A stretch of DNA of 64,000 nt, taken from Macrostomum lignano. Taxonomy: Eukaryota. The notes below the pieces were generated by a model that did no database searches, had not been told where the DNA came from, and saw only the letters and a list, made by a program, of their open reading frames with translations. The stretch lies in assembly GCA_002269645.1 (NCBI GenBank), contig NIVC01000984.1, forward strand, positions 186,001 through 250,000, read 5' to 3'. Made by a program: the position numbers and the translations under genes. Positions 35,489 to 52,235 of the stretch are shown here, one piece after another. How positions within the stretch are numbered: position 1 is the stretch's first letter; the number at the start of each line of letters is the position of its first letter.

Positions 35489-38400
35489 ATGATCAGCCAG
35501 GCCGAAGCGATGCGGCGCCAGCTGCCGGGCTTCCCCCTTCGATTTCTCGTCCTCGTCGTCTCGCTGACCGCCGAGGCGGCGCAGCCTCAATTCGAGCTCC
35601 ATCCGGTGGACACAGCCGCCCAGCCGGGCGCTCCGCTGCGCCTCACCTGCAGAGTCGGCCGAGACGAGAGCGGACGATGGCCGGTGATCGTCTGGCATAA
35701 CGCTAGCAGCGGCCTGCCGGTTCCTGGCGGCATTGGGCCGACTCTCGAGTTCTCCGAGTTCGACGCCAGCAAAGTCGGCCAGTACTATTGCAATGCCAGC
35801 TCGGTTGGCGATGAAGGATCAGCGGCCAGTGGAGGAGGCTGGACGGCCAGCCGGACAGCCTGGGCCCGCCTGGCCAGCCTTGGCCGGAAATTCGCAGCCG
35901 ACCCGACCAGCCAGACGGTGGCCAGCGGGCAGGTGGCCGAGCTCTCCTGCCGGCCGCCCGCAGACGCCTTTCCGCCGCCGCGGATCGTCTGGCATCGGAA
36001 CGGCCGGCCGCTGAGCATTGGCGTCGGACTGTCCGACTACGGCAACCAACGGGAAGCCGGCCGGTTCCGCGTCCTCCCAGAAATCGTCGGCGGCGGCGTC
36101 CGGCTTCGCATTGTTGACGCGCGCCCGTCAGACTCCGGCGAGTTCGCCTGCGTGGCGACCAACGAGGCCGGGGCGCTGCACTCGGCCTCGGCACTGCTCA
36201 CCGTCGTCCGCAGTACGCAGCGATCCGACGTCCGACAGCCGGTGGTGATCAGTTCAGCCCCGGACGATCTGTTCGTCCCACTCGGCGATCCGGCCAGCTT
36301 CAACTGCCTGGCCGACGGCCAGCCGGTGCCTGTGATTTCTTGGCAACGCGACGACGGAGTTGCTATGGACGCGAAACGGATTATTGACCATGGCAACGGC
36401 ACGTTGAGCTTTGTTGGAGTGGCCTTCGAGGACGCCGGCAGGTGAGGATGCGGTTCATAAGACATAGTTACTGAGTAAAATTTGTTCAACTGATGGAAAT
36501 CGAATTCAGCATGCGAGCGCAACAAGCATTTGGGTCTTTGGGGTTTCTAACGTTGCCCCTAATGACACTAATAGCCCACTGATAGAGTCTCCAATGCTGC
36601 CTTAATAGCATTCCATTAGCGTTGGTCCATTAGGTGACACAGCATTAGGCCCTGCTCTTCATCGTGGTTTGTGGACTCTTACTTGCTTCGCAGATGCTTG
36701 AGAGCTCGACGTGTCAGACTGGCGATAAGGCCTTCAAGACAGAAGTGCTAATAGTACCCCTAAGTGCTCCTAATAGTGTTCCTAATAGTGCTAATGATCA
36801 CGTGCCCCTAAGTGCTCCTGATAGTGCCCCTAATAGTGCCCCTAATAGTGCCCCTAATAGTGCCCCTAATAGTTCGCCTAATTGTTCCCAAATAGTTCCC
36901 GTAATAGTGTCCCTAAGTGCTGCTAATAGTTCCTGTAATAGTGTCCTTAAGTGCCCCTAATAGTTCCCGTAATAGTGTCCCTAAGTGCTCCTAATAGTTC
37001 CCGTAATAGTGTCCCTAAGTTCTCCTAATAGTGCCGCTAATAGTGCCTCTAATAATGCCGCTAATAGTGCCCCTAATAGCGCTCCAAATAGAGCCCCTAA
37101 GTGCCTCTAATAGTGCTCCTAATAGTTCCCGCAATAGTGCCCCTAATAGTGCCACTAAGGGAACTTTTGTCCTCATATCAAGAAATGGAAATATTTTCTA
37201 AAGTTCAAATTTACCTGAAACTCACACAGGTACATCTGCGAAGCGCTGAGCACGGCCGGCCGGGACTCCGCCTCGGCCACTCTGTCTGTGCAAACTCGAC
37301 CGGAGATCCTGACCGCTCCCGTTGATCTGGCCGTCCCGCTGGGCGGACGAGCCGTATTCAACTGTCGAACTGGCGGCAGGCCGCGGCCGGCCGTGTACTG
37401 GTCCAAGGACTACGGGCACTTCTTGTTCTCCGACGCTGCTGCCGGCGGCGATGCCGACATGACCGTCGGGACTGACGGCAGTCTGACAGTGGAGTCCGTG
37501 AAGCTGCGACACCAGGGTCGCTACCAGTGCCACGCCACCAGCCAGCTCGGCACCGTGGTCGCCTCCGCCCGGCTCAGCGTGCTGCCCGAGCTGCCGACTC
37601 TGGTCCAGGGACCGCAGAGCCAGACTAAAATGCGCGGCCAATCTCTGCAACTGCCCTGTCGTCTGTCCGGCAAATTTCCGGCCAACCGGCTTCGAGTCGT
37701 CTGGCTGAAGGACGGCCAGCCGCTTGTGTCGCTCAGCGGTCGGCAGCACATCGGACTGGACGGCTCGCTGCGCGTGTTCGAGCTCCGAGCCGCGGACAGC
37801 GGCAACTACACCTGCCTGGCCGAGCTGGACGGCCGCCGAGTTGCCCGCTGGCCTCTGCCGGCCCGGGTTCGGGTCGTCAATGTTGGCGCCGAGTTGCCAA
37901 TTCTCTCGCAGTCGCCGCCGCCGGTGTCAATCAACGTAATCGACCGTGGCGCCGGCTGGGTGCTGTTGAATATTGTCGGCGGAGGTGGCAGCGGCTGCAG
38001 GCATCTGGCCGAGTGGGACTGCGGCAGCGGCTGGACAACAAATTTTGTCTGGGATCGACTGGCGGAGTCGTCGCTGGTTCGAGTCGACACCGGAGCGGGC
38101 GGGATCGGCCTGACAGCTCCGACTGGGTGTCGCTTTCTGGCCCGCAGCGTCTGCCCGGCGTCCGAAGGAGGCTTCGTCGGCACGGTTTCGCCTCCGTCGC
38201 CAGTGTCGCCGACTGTTCGGCTGGAGCCACCGACGTTGTCACCTTCCGCTGCGGCGGACCACGCAGCCGCGAGAATCCGGGATCTGAGAGCTGAGGTGAG
38301 CTTTTCTGGCTATTAAAGCTCTCTTTACTGCAGATATAATCTCCAGTGACATTTTTTAATAAAACAATCGTTAGAGCACTCGTTAGAGCACTCGTCAGAG

Positions 38401-41400
38401 CACTCGTTAGAGCACTCGTTAGAGCACTCGTTAGAGCACTCGTTAGAGCACTCGTTAGAGCACTCGTTAGAGCACTCGTTAGAGCACTCGTTAGAGCACT
38501 CGTTAGAGCACTCGTTAGAGCACTCGTTAGAGCACTCGTTAGAGCACTCGTTAGAGCACTCGTTAGAGCACTCGTTAGAGCACTCGTTAGAGCACTCGTT
38601 AGAGCACTCGTTAGAGCACTCGTTAGAGCACTCGTTAGAGCACTCGTTAGAGCACTCGTTAGAGCACTCGTTAGAGCACTTGTTAGAGCACTCGCGCGTC
38701 ACCAATGAGCTACCATAACCTGAACCCTAACCGCCGCACCCAGGCCCTGGACCACGAGACCATCCGCGTTCGTTGGCGCCTGTTCCAGCCGGCGCCCTCC
38801 CGCCTTCGCTATCGCGCGGCGGGTAGGCAAGTCCGCCTGGCCGACTGCCTGACTTCGTCCTCCGCCAGGATGATCGAAAGAACAGCAGCGCCCATGCAGT
38901 TCCGGTCGGCAGCCTCAAAAGCGGAGTTGTGCTCACTAGCCGAGCCCGAAGCTCTTGCTGAACTTCTGCGGGACTATTCAGCACCGGAGACGCTGGGCCT
39001 CCGTGTCGACGGCGATGCACAAACTGCCTTCGCCGACGTTGGCGCCGGTGAGACCGAAGCCTCGCTGCTGCTCAGCGGCCTCTCCGCTTTCTCCTGCTAC
39101 CGCGTCTCTCTGGCGCCGATGATCGGGTTCGACAACGACGACCTGGGTAAGGGCTTCGGCAGCCGGCTGGTGCTCACCGGAGACGCCACGCCCAGCCAGG
39201 CACCCGCCGCAGTCTCAGCCCGTTGGCATGGTAACGGCAGCCTGCTGGTCTCCTGGCTGCCCCCACCGCTGTCAGGCCGCCGCGGCGCGATCATCGGTTT
39301 CCAGCTGAGCCTTCGGGATCTTCGCCGGCGCAAGCCAAGCGGCGTCCTCCGCTCGATCAGCGTTGACGGAGCCAGCGCCCGCTCCGTGCTGCTCGCCAAT
39401 CCGCTGCCAATGTCCGCCTCCTCCGCCTCGCTCGGCGTTCGCGTGGCGGCCCGAAACTGCCACGGCGTCGGGCCGGAGTCCCCTGAGCTGCCAGCGCCGT
39501 CAGCGGGAGACGCTGCCGACGACGATAAGGCGGCTCTGTCGCTGCTGCCGAGGGCCTCCTGGCTGATTGTCGCCCTCGCCGCTGGTGGCGTCGTCTGGCT
39601 CGGCCTCGCTGTCATTGTCGCGTGCGCACTGCGCCGAGCATGGCGCATCAGGAAGAGGCGGCGCCAACCGCCGCCGCCGCCGCATCCAGACGGCAAGCAG
39701 TTGCCGCCGCTGCCTCTTCAACCGCCGCCGCCGCCGCCTCCTCCTTGTTCAACGGCCGGAGCTGTCTGTCGAGCTCCACCCGACCTTCTCGTTGTCGGGA
39801 CGTCTTCCGCAATCGTTCCAGCCGCCACGGCGTCTGGCGCTTCGTTGTCGGCCTCTCCGTACGCATCGGCCAGCGTTGTGCACAGCTTCATCCGGGAGTC
39901 TGCACTGGAAGGGGAGTGCTCTTCCGCTGCACCTCATTTGCTTTCTCATCGCACCTATCGACCTGAGCATCTTCACTTTCAGCAGGCCAGGTGAGTATAA
40001 GATTTTGTTTGCTTTCAGGGTGTACAGTGGCCCAGACTTTCTCATCGTCAGGCATGTGGGTATACAGTGGCCCAGACTTTCTCATCGTCAGGCATGTGGG
40101 TATACAGTGGCCCAGACTTTCTCATCGTCAGGCATGTGGGTATACAGTGGCCCAGACTTTCTCATCGTCAGGCATGTGAGTATACAGTGGCCCAGACTTT
40201 CTCATTGTCAGGCATGTGGGTATACAGTGGCCCAGACTTTCTCATCGTCAAGCATGTGGGTATACAGTGGCCCAGACTTTCTCATCGTCAAGCATGTACA
40301 CTCTGTACACACAGAATGCACGATGATTGCACGGAATCGAACCCAGGGTAGTTATGGCCTGGGACTGAGCTACCCCACTGGTATATCGTATTCCCATTGA
40401 AAAACTCGAGCGGTTAAATTTAAAATCCGCCCAGTGGGTGGCTGGGGAGCCGATCATAAACTTAAGCGATCCCCAGCCCCCCCCCCCAAAAAAAAGCCAC
40501 AAAGCGGGGGAGGACAAACTTGCGAGGAAATTCACGCACGCTGACTGATGGAGTGCCGCAGCAATGCCGGCTGTCTCTATTTTTTGTAGCTCGGCCCACG
40601 TTGGCCAAGCTGTCTAAGAAAGCTCTGTAGTAGTAAGCTCGAACTACTGGGATTAGCGGTGGGCTGGAAATGTCTGAAGCCCCCAACTGAAGGCTGCCCT
40701 GCTTTGAAAGCGAAAGCGGCGGCTACCATGCAGCAGCTGCCGTGACAGCGTTCTTCGCCTGTCACGCCAGCGCCATCAAGGAACAAGGGGAGCTGAGAAT
40801 GCGGTAGGAGAGAGGCTATTAGACTAGTAGCGGTGTTAATGGGGAATCTGCGCGACTTTCCCTTTCCCCACCACCTTGGCTCGCAGTAACTACTGACTAA
40901 CAACAGGCACTGGGAGGCAGCCATCGAACTGATGCGAGAATTGTAGCAATTCTTCTTCTAGTTTTCAGCGCACAAATCGGCTTTTCCCCCGTGTTGATGT
41001 CGGGCCGTGTTCCTTTTCCCTCTCGCCAAACTATCCAGGTGAAAGCAGAGCCGCGGCTTCAAGGCCTCTAATTACGGTCCTAGGAATTTTTCGGCGTCAA
41101 GAGGCGAGGGGAACAACAGGAGCCATCGGGGAAGGGGGATGACTAACCGTAATTGAGCGGTCAAATATTAGCGCTTGGCTGAACTTGCAACGGTGATGGA
41201 TTGGCAGACACCTGGATATTTGAGAAATGCGTCTTTTGGTGGAGAAAAAAACTTTTTTTCACATGTCAAGGATTTCAAGCATGAAGACAGAAGATTTATT
41301 CTCAGTTTTAAACGTCATCATTTTTTGGCGATATTTTTTCGCTTTACAGGCTATGATAGTTTTCTTCAAAACCATTTGGTTGCTTTTTCTGCTCTCCATT

Positions 41401-42750
41401 TTACCTGTGCTCCCCGAGCACTCCCAAAGCACTCCCAGAGCACTCCCATAGCACTCCCCGAGCACTCTCAGAGCACTCCCAAAGCACTCCCCAAACACTC
41501 CATTAGCACTCCCCAAACACTCCATTAGCACTCCTCGAACACTCTCAGAGCACTCCCCGAGCACTCCTAGAACACTCTCTGAGCACTCCGAAAGCACTCC
41601 CCAAGCACTCTCATAGCACTCCTCGAACACTCTCAGAGCACCCTCCAAGCACTCCAAAAGCACTCCCCAAACACTCCCATAGCACTCCTCGAGCACTCTC
41701 CGAGCACTCCGAAAGCACTCCCCAAGCACTCTCATAGCACTCCTCGAGCATTCTCCGAGCACCCTCCGAGCACTCCGAAAGCACTCCCCAAACACTCTCA
41801 TAGCACTCCTCGAGCACTCCCCGAGCACTCCGAAAGAACTCCCCAAGCACTCTCATAGCACTCCTCGAGCACTCCCCGAGCACTCCGAAAGAACTCCCCA
41901 AGCACTCTCATAGCACTCCTCGAGCACTCTCCGAGCACTCCGAAAGCACTCCCCAAGCACTCTCATAGCACTCCTCGAGCATTCTCCGAGCACCCTCCGA
42001 GTACTCCGAAAGCACTCCCCAAACACTCTCATAGCACTCCTCGAGCACCCTCCGAGCACTCCGAAAGCACTCCCCAAGCACTCTCATAGCACTCCTTGAA
42101 CACTTTCAGAGCACCTCCCGAGCTCTTCCGAAGCACTCACCCAGAAACTCCAAAAAACGTTCTACAATAACCAGTGCCAAGCACTCCATAAACATTCTCG
42201 AGCAGTCCATCCCTAAACAATAGCTGAGCAGTCCCTTAGCAGTCCCTGAGCTCAGGCACTCCATTAATTCAATCCCATCCCACACCGCCACCGCCGCAGC
42301 TGTCACTCCCGAGGGGACGCCGGCATTCAGTCCGACGGTAGCGCCGTCTCCGACGTCTCCGACAAGTTAAAAGCGAATCCCGACAAATTCGACAATGACG
42401 ATGCAGCTGACGATGCCGATGTTGACGATGTAGCCTCCATCGCAGCTGACGACGTTGCCAAGCGTCGCCGCCATCAACAGCAGCAGCCGCCGCGCCAGCA
42501 GCAACAGCAGCAGCACCGGCGACCGCTTCTGGGATCGGCCGGAGCCTCCGTCGACAGTCCCAGCTTGACTGACAACGGCTGTCAGCAGCAGGACGTCAGG
42601 CGCGATGAACGTCGGCGCCGACGAAGCAAAGCTCGACGTCAGACCGACCGACCGCTGCCAGCGCCGCCCCCGCCGCCGCCAATGTCAACGACAGTCTCAA
42701 TAGCGCCGGCAGTCAAATTGTCTCAGCCGTTGTTGAGCAAAAAGATCTAA
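35489..42750 (+). CDS. robo: Roundabout (Robo) family axon-guidance receptor; exons 35489-36441, 37230-38295, 38744-39990, 42300-42750
   Basis: Signal peptide, 5 Ig domains (DAGR|YICEA completed across intron 1), 3 FN3 (IRDLRAE|ALDHETIRVRW across intron 2), TM LIVALAAGGVVWLGLAVIVACAL. Cytoplasmic SPYASA (CC1-like) and LPAPPPPP (CC2-like). All junctions are GT-AG and phase-compatible. Alternative ATG at 35510. Confidence 0.9.
36745..37158. repeat. Degenerate 12-bp repeat CCCTAATAGTGC in robo intron 1
   Basis: Direct reading. Confidence 0.85.
38370..38692. repeat. 12-bp minisatellite GTTAGAGCACTC in robo intron 2
   Basis: About 27 almost perfect units. Confidence 0.97.
40015..40380 (-). mobile_element. 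tRNA-related SINE, copy C, with internal 40-bp tandem amplification
   Basis: Minus strand: A-box-like TAGCTCAGTCC (40372-40362) and B-box GGTTCGATTCC (40343-40333). Unit GTATACAGTGGCCCAGACTTTCTCATCGTCAGGCATGTGG occurs ~7 times (40019-40297). Confidence 0.75.
41410..42250. repeat. Degenerate (A/G)AGCACTCC(C)-based repeat with higher-order blocks in robo intron 3
   Basis: Direct reading. Confidence 0.9.
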
Positions 42751-43747
42751 CAATACGCTTTATTTTCTACTCGTCACTGTCAATAAGTAGTCTGTACGAA
42801 TTGTTCTACCATGAGCGAGTTTCATTTTATTTCATTTTATAAGTAACGGGCAAACGAAGGCCCTGCGCTTCAGCCCTGGAAGGGGCTCTTACGCAACTGG
42901 TGTATTTTTGTTCCGATTAGTGTGAGTTCTACCATGAGCGAGTTGAAAAAAAAACGATTCCATTTGAACTCGCAATGTCCAGCTTCTAAATGCAACATTA
43001 TTTTCGTAGAAATCCTTCAAATTTCTTAACATGGAATTCTTGTTTACTGCATGCTCGAACAATCAGAGTTCAAGCCAGACAAACTGCTTCAGGTGACCCG
43101 TCATCTTCCAACGTTTAACCTCTTTAATAAGCAATAGAGCTGTGCAAAGAGAAGTCCTTCTGGGTACAATATTGTTGCACAACGTGAATGCAACAGAGGC
43201 TTTCTTTCAATAAAACAAATTACGACTTTCGATGGACTGCCTACTTACAGCACTAGTAGACAGTTGCTTCTAATGGACATTTCAAGGTCAGCGGACACAC
43301 GATTTTCGATCCTCGAGATCTCTGGGAAAGAAGCTCATGCGACGGCTGCCATGGAAATCTGGGAATCCAGGGATAGGGGAAGAAAGTGTGCTCAATTTTT
43401 CTAAGAAACGACTTTTTCAAGTTTCGATTACAAGGTCACAAAGGACGGCTAGGGTTTGCATGGTTTGAATGGTTTGCAATGAGAGTGCGGTGACCCGAGC
43501 GATCGAAAACAGGATGTGAGCAATTTTGGTTGAACTCGTTCTCGTGAAGTGATGATGGGTTTTAAAAATAGCAGACCCTGGTAATTATAGCCAAAATTTA
43601 GAGAAATTATAGCTTAGAAATATCAGTGTGCTGATAAATAGGACCATATTGTATAATACATGTTTATTTTTCTCAGTTAATGCTGACTGTACGAACAATG
43701 TGAGATGATTCGGGAAAACATCAGGATAATGTCTGTCTGTCTGTGTG

Positions 43748-44278
<531 letters not shown>

Positions 44279-44299
44279 TCCAATAACACTCTCCCAGAT

Positions 44300-45776
44300 T
44301 CAGCGGGCCTCTCTCCCGCCGTTAGCCCTGACCGGCTCGCGGCTGGACGGCCTTCGAGCTGTCAGCCGCCGCAGATGCTCCGGCAGGCCGGTGCGGAAGG
44401 CGGCCCCGAAGGCGTACACCGCGAATCCCAGGCAGTGATTCAGCAGCTTAGCGTACCGGGCCGACGTACACGCGATGGTCAGGATTCGAACTCCGAACGA
44501 CGAGTTGACGAGTTCGGGGCCGGCCAGGGCCGTCGCCAGGCTGTACAGCAGGCCCCCGGTGACCAGGTAGTACGGCAGGTTCAGGCAGAGAAACAGCAGC
44601 AGGATGCGGACGACAGTGCGGCAGAGACGGCGGTTCTGGGCGGCAATCTGCCCGGCCGAGCCGCCGGCGCCGCCGCCAAGCTGGGCCAGCCGGTTTCTGG
44701 CCAGCCTGGCCAGCAGGCAGCAGCTAGTTGCCATGGCAACCAGCGGCGCGGCCGAGAACAGCAGCCAGCCCCACGAGAACCACAGTCGGAGCAGCTCACC
44801 GTCGGCTGGGTCGGAGGAGCGGCACAGCCGGACAGTCGAGCAGCCGCTGCCGTTGCCGACCCGGATGACGGCGAGTTGGCCGGTGGCCAGCGGCACAGAG
44901 TTGGCCAGGCAGGCGAGAGCGACCACCAGCAGGCAGCGAAGGCCGGCGGCCAGGCGGCGTCGACTATGGAGGCTGCCGGCGGCTGGCGCCGTCGGCGGCG
45001 CGCGAAGTCGGCAGTACCACTCCAGGCTGAGTGCGGCCAGCAGGCCGGAGGAAGCGCTGAACGCGCCTAGCGGGATGAAGAACCGGAGTCTGGGGCGAAG
45101 CAACATATAGTTGAGGATATAGATTGGATTGGCATAAGCCTGGTCTTTTGCGGGATAAGCGTGATACATCTAATCCAGTAGCTTCATCGTATCTCATACG
45201 CTCGTATCCCTATCTAATCTCACATCCAAATCCAATCTCACATCCTGATATAATCTCACACCCTAATACAATCTCACATGCCTTATCTAATCTCACATCC
45301 CAATCTAATCTAATGTCTATTATCTAATCTCACATGCCTTGTCTAATCTCACATCCAAATCTAACATCGCATCCTGTATCTAATATCGGATTACTATCTT
45401 ATCTGCCATCATCGTCTGATCCCTCTCACTTGCACTCCAGCTGCGTGGCGGGGTACAGGACCCCCAGAGTGAGGAGAATCTCCCAGCACAGGCTGCCAAT
45501 GGACGCCAGATCCGCCAGGGACAGCGCGAAGAAGAAGGTGAACACCGGCGATCGCCGAAGCGGCTTCGCCCGCAGCATCACCCCGATGCCGAAGCTGTTG
45601 CCTAGCGCGCCAACGACGGCAAGGCAGGACATCGCCGCCACGGCCAGAGGTGCCGACAGCAACTCCGCTTGGGGACAGTCAGGCGGAGAAGTCGATTCGA
45701 GGTCGGCCAGGTCGAACTTCGATGCTAGCGGCGCCGCCGAGGCTGAGGTGCTGGACCTCGAAGTGGGGTTAGACAT
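44300..45776 (-). CDS. Rhodopsin-family orphan peptide GPCR; exons 45776-45430 and 45089-44300
   Basis: TM1 GALGN, TM2 ALSLADL, ECK|LRFF joined by a phase-2 intron (AA|GTGAG ... TTGCTTCGCCCCAG|A), TM3 end SLEWY, TM6 FLCLNLPYY, TM7 LLNHCLGFAVY. N-terminus uncertain. Confidence 0.8.
45190..45395. repeat. Degenerate ATCTAATCTCACA repeat in the GPCR intron
   Basis: Same vocabulary as the 45770-46410 array but in reverse complement. Confidence 0.8.
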
Positions 45777-46410
45777 GGGTTTGAGATTCGATTTTTAGAT
45801 GGGACTAGACAAGGGTGTGAGATTAGATTTGTAGATGGGACTAGACAAGGTTGTGAGATTAGATTTGTAGATGGGACTAGACAAGGGTGTGAGATTAGAT
45901 TTGTAGATGGAACTAAACAAGGGTTTGAGATTAAATTTGCAAATTGAACTAGACATGGGGTGTGAGATTAGATTTGTAGATGAGATTTTTAGTGTATTAG
46001 ATTATACAAGGGTGTGAGATTAGATTTGTAAATGCGACTAGATATGGGTGTGAGATTAGATTTGTAGATGGGACTAAACAAGGGTGTGAGATTAAATTTG
46101 CAAATGGGACTAGACATGGGTGTGAGATTAGATTGTAGATGAGAGTTTTAGTGTATTAGATTAGACAAGGGTGTGAGATTAGATTTGTAGATGGGATTAG
46201 ACATGGGTGTGAGATTAGATTTATAAATGCGACTAGACATGGGTGTGAGACTAGATTTGTAGATGGGACTAGACAAGGGTGTGAGATTAGATTTGTAAAT
46301 GCGACTAGACATGGGTGTAAGATTAGATTTGTAGATGAGATTTTTAGTATATTAGATTAGACATGGGTGTGAGATTAGATTTGTAGTTGGGACTAGTTAA
46401 GGATGTGAGA
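45770..46410. repeat. ~36-bp minisatellite GAGATTAGATTTGTAGATGGGACTAGACAAGGGTGT
   Basis: About 17 degenerate units. Confidence 0.9.
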
Positions 46411-46887
46411 TTTGATGCATTGAAATAGCTAAGTTTTATGTTGACATCATGTCTCTGAATTAAATAATTTAATGTGACTGCATAGTGTAAAAGGTTATGA
46501 TTAGATTACTAGACTAGATTACGAAGCAGAATGAGATCAGATTTTGATCAAATTAAAGAGTAGAGAAAAATGCTGGACAGAACAAATTTTATTTATTTTG
46601 TAAAAAAACTTACCAAATAAAGTTTAATAAACTGGGCATTTCAAAGCCAATGAGTGATGGAATCATTGAGTTATGATGCACATTACATCTAGACACCAAA
46701 AGCAAAACATCAAGAATTTATAGAACTGGAATTCAAAATTAATTCAATTTTTTATTTATCCATTTGCTCTGACAGTCATGTCCAATAAGAAATAGTAAGT
46801 TGACTTTGCTCATACATGTCCTATTTATCCTACTGTCCATGTCAGTAGGTAGACAGGAGTATAGCTGAGTCATTACAGAAATAATTT

Positions 46888-47262
46888 CAAAATCATTGCA
46901 GAATCATTGCAGAATCATTGCAGAATCATTGCAGAATCATTGCAGAATCATTGCAGAATCATTGCAGAATCATAGCTGAATCATAGCTGAATCATAACTG
47001 AATCATAGCTGAATCATTGCAGAATCATAACTGAATCATTTCAGAATCATTGCAGAATCATAGCTGAATCATTTCGGAATCATTGCAGAATCATAGCTGA
47101 ATCATAGCTGAATCATAACTGAATCATAGCTGAATCATTGCAGAATCATAGCTGAATCATAGCTGAATCATTGCAGAATCATAGCTGAATCATAGCTGAA
47201 TCATAGCTGAATCATAGCTGAATCATAGCTGAATTATAACTGAATCATAGCTGAGTCATAGC
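46888..47262. repeat. 11-bp minisatellite AATCATTGCAG/AATCATAGCTG
   Basis: About 33 units of two interleaved variants. Confidence 0.93.
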
Positions 47263-47274
47263 TGAACTCCGAAT

Positions 47275-47610
47275 TCAGTGCTTAGGTTTTGTGCTTTGCG
47301 TCTCGGCTGAAGCCTTGATAGCATTGGCCAGAATCCTGTACCCAGCCTGCTTGGCGAAGATCTCCTGCACCAATTCGAATTCTTCCCAAGGGAAAAATTC
47401 CTCCAAATCGAACACGACGTCATCTCTGAAGACGATGGCGAATCCAATCTGCGGCTGCGACTGGCACCAGTCTACCGATATGTTGAGCGGCAACTCGTAT
47501 TTCTCCATCATGCACTGGAATAGTCGGACCAACTGAGCCGCTTCCGGTATCGTTGGGGAGAAGTACACGTACAGTTTAATTGGCACCAGCAGCTCCGGTT
47601 CCTTCTCCAT
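47275..47610 (-). CDS. Hypothetical 111-aa protein, possible Rdx/SelW/MIEN1-like thioredoxin fold lacking CxxC
   Basis: Non-repetitive ORF with coding-like composition and a strong acceptor (CTTTCTTTTTATCGTCAG) 22 nt upstream. GFAIVFRDDVVFD..FFPWEE resembles the Rdx G-FEI-V-G-LVFS..FP pattern (by eye only). Confidence 0.55.
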   Translation of the reverse strand: MEKEPELLVPIKLYVYFSPTIPEAAQLVRLFQCMMEKYELPLNISVDWCQSQPQIGFAIVFRDDVVFDLEEFFPWEEFELVQEIFAKQAGYRILANAIKASAETQSTKPKH

Positions 47611-48061
47611 GCCGAGCCTAGCAGCGCTTGATCTGACGATAAAAAGAAAGCCCAGTTCACTGCAGCGGAAACTCGGCCTTTCACCCGGCCATAGACTATT
47701 TATAGACTAGAAAAAGTCTTATCTAATATTGTTCTAAAAATAGCTTTTCCATAGACAGTCAAATCGTCAAATGTCAGAGCAAAACTCAAGCAAAATTACA
47801 GACGTTGTCAACTTTTCAAAGCGTTTCGCTTCTCTCGAACACTATCTGTGGTAGGCTAAACACAATTTGACGCAATGCATTCCATGAATCAATTTTGAGA
47901 ACATAGCTCGTACAGTACCTTCAGAAATATTTTTGTTCGTTAAAGGCATTTTAAAACTTTTCTAGTTTTTTAAAAAGTTTTTTAACTAAAGATTCTAGTT
48001 TTTTTAAATAACTAGAAACAAAAAGTTTCTAGTTTTTTTTTAAAAGTTAAACTTTTAAAAC

Positions 48062-52235
<4,174 letters not shown>

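Noticed and set aside
39991-40018. 28-nt intron in robo ending at TTTGCTTTCAG
   Set aside because: Too short, and it would lead into SINE repeats. The acceptor at 42299 gives a sensible in-phase tail with a CC2-like motif.
40330-40380. Functional tRNA gene
   Set aside because: A and B boxes are only ~18 nt apart, there is no cloverleaf, and it continues into a SINE body.
45139-45169. ORF-track start or CCAG acceptor for GPCR1 exon 2
   Set aside because: Phase-incompatible with the AA|GTGAG donor; the acceptor at 45090 restores ECK-LRFF.
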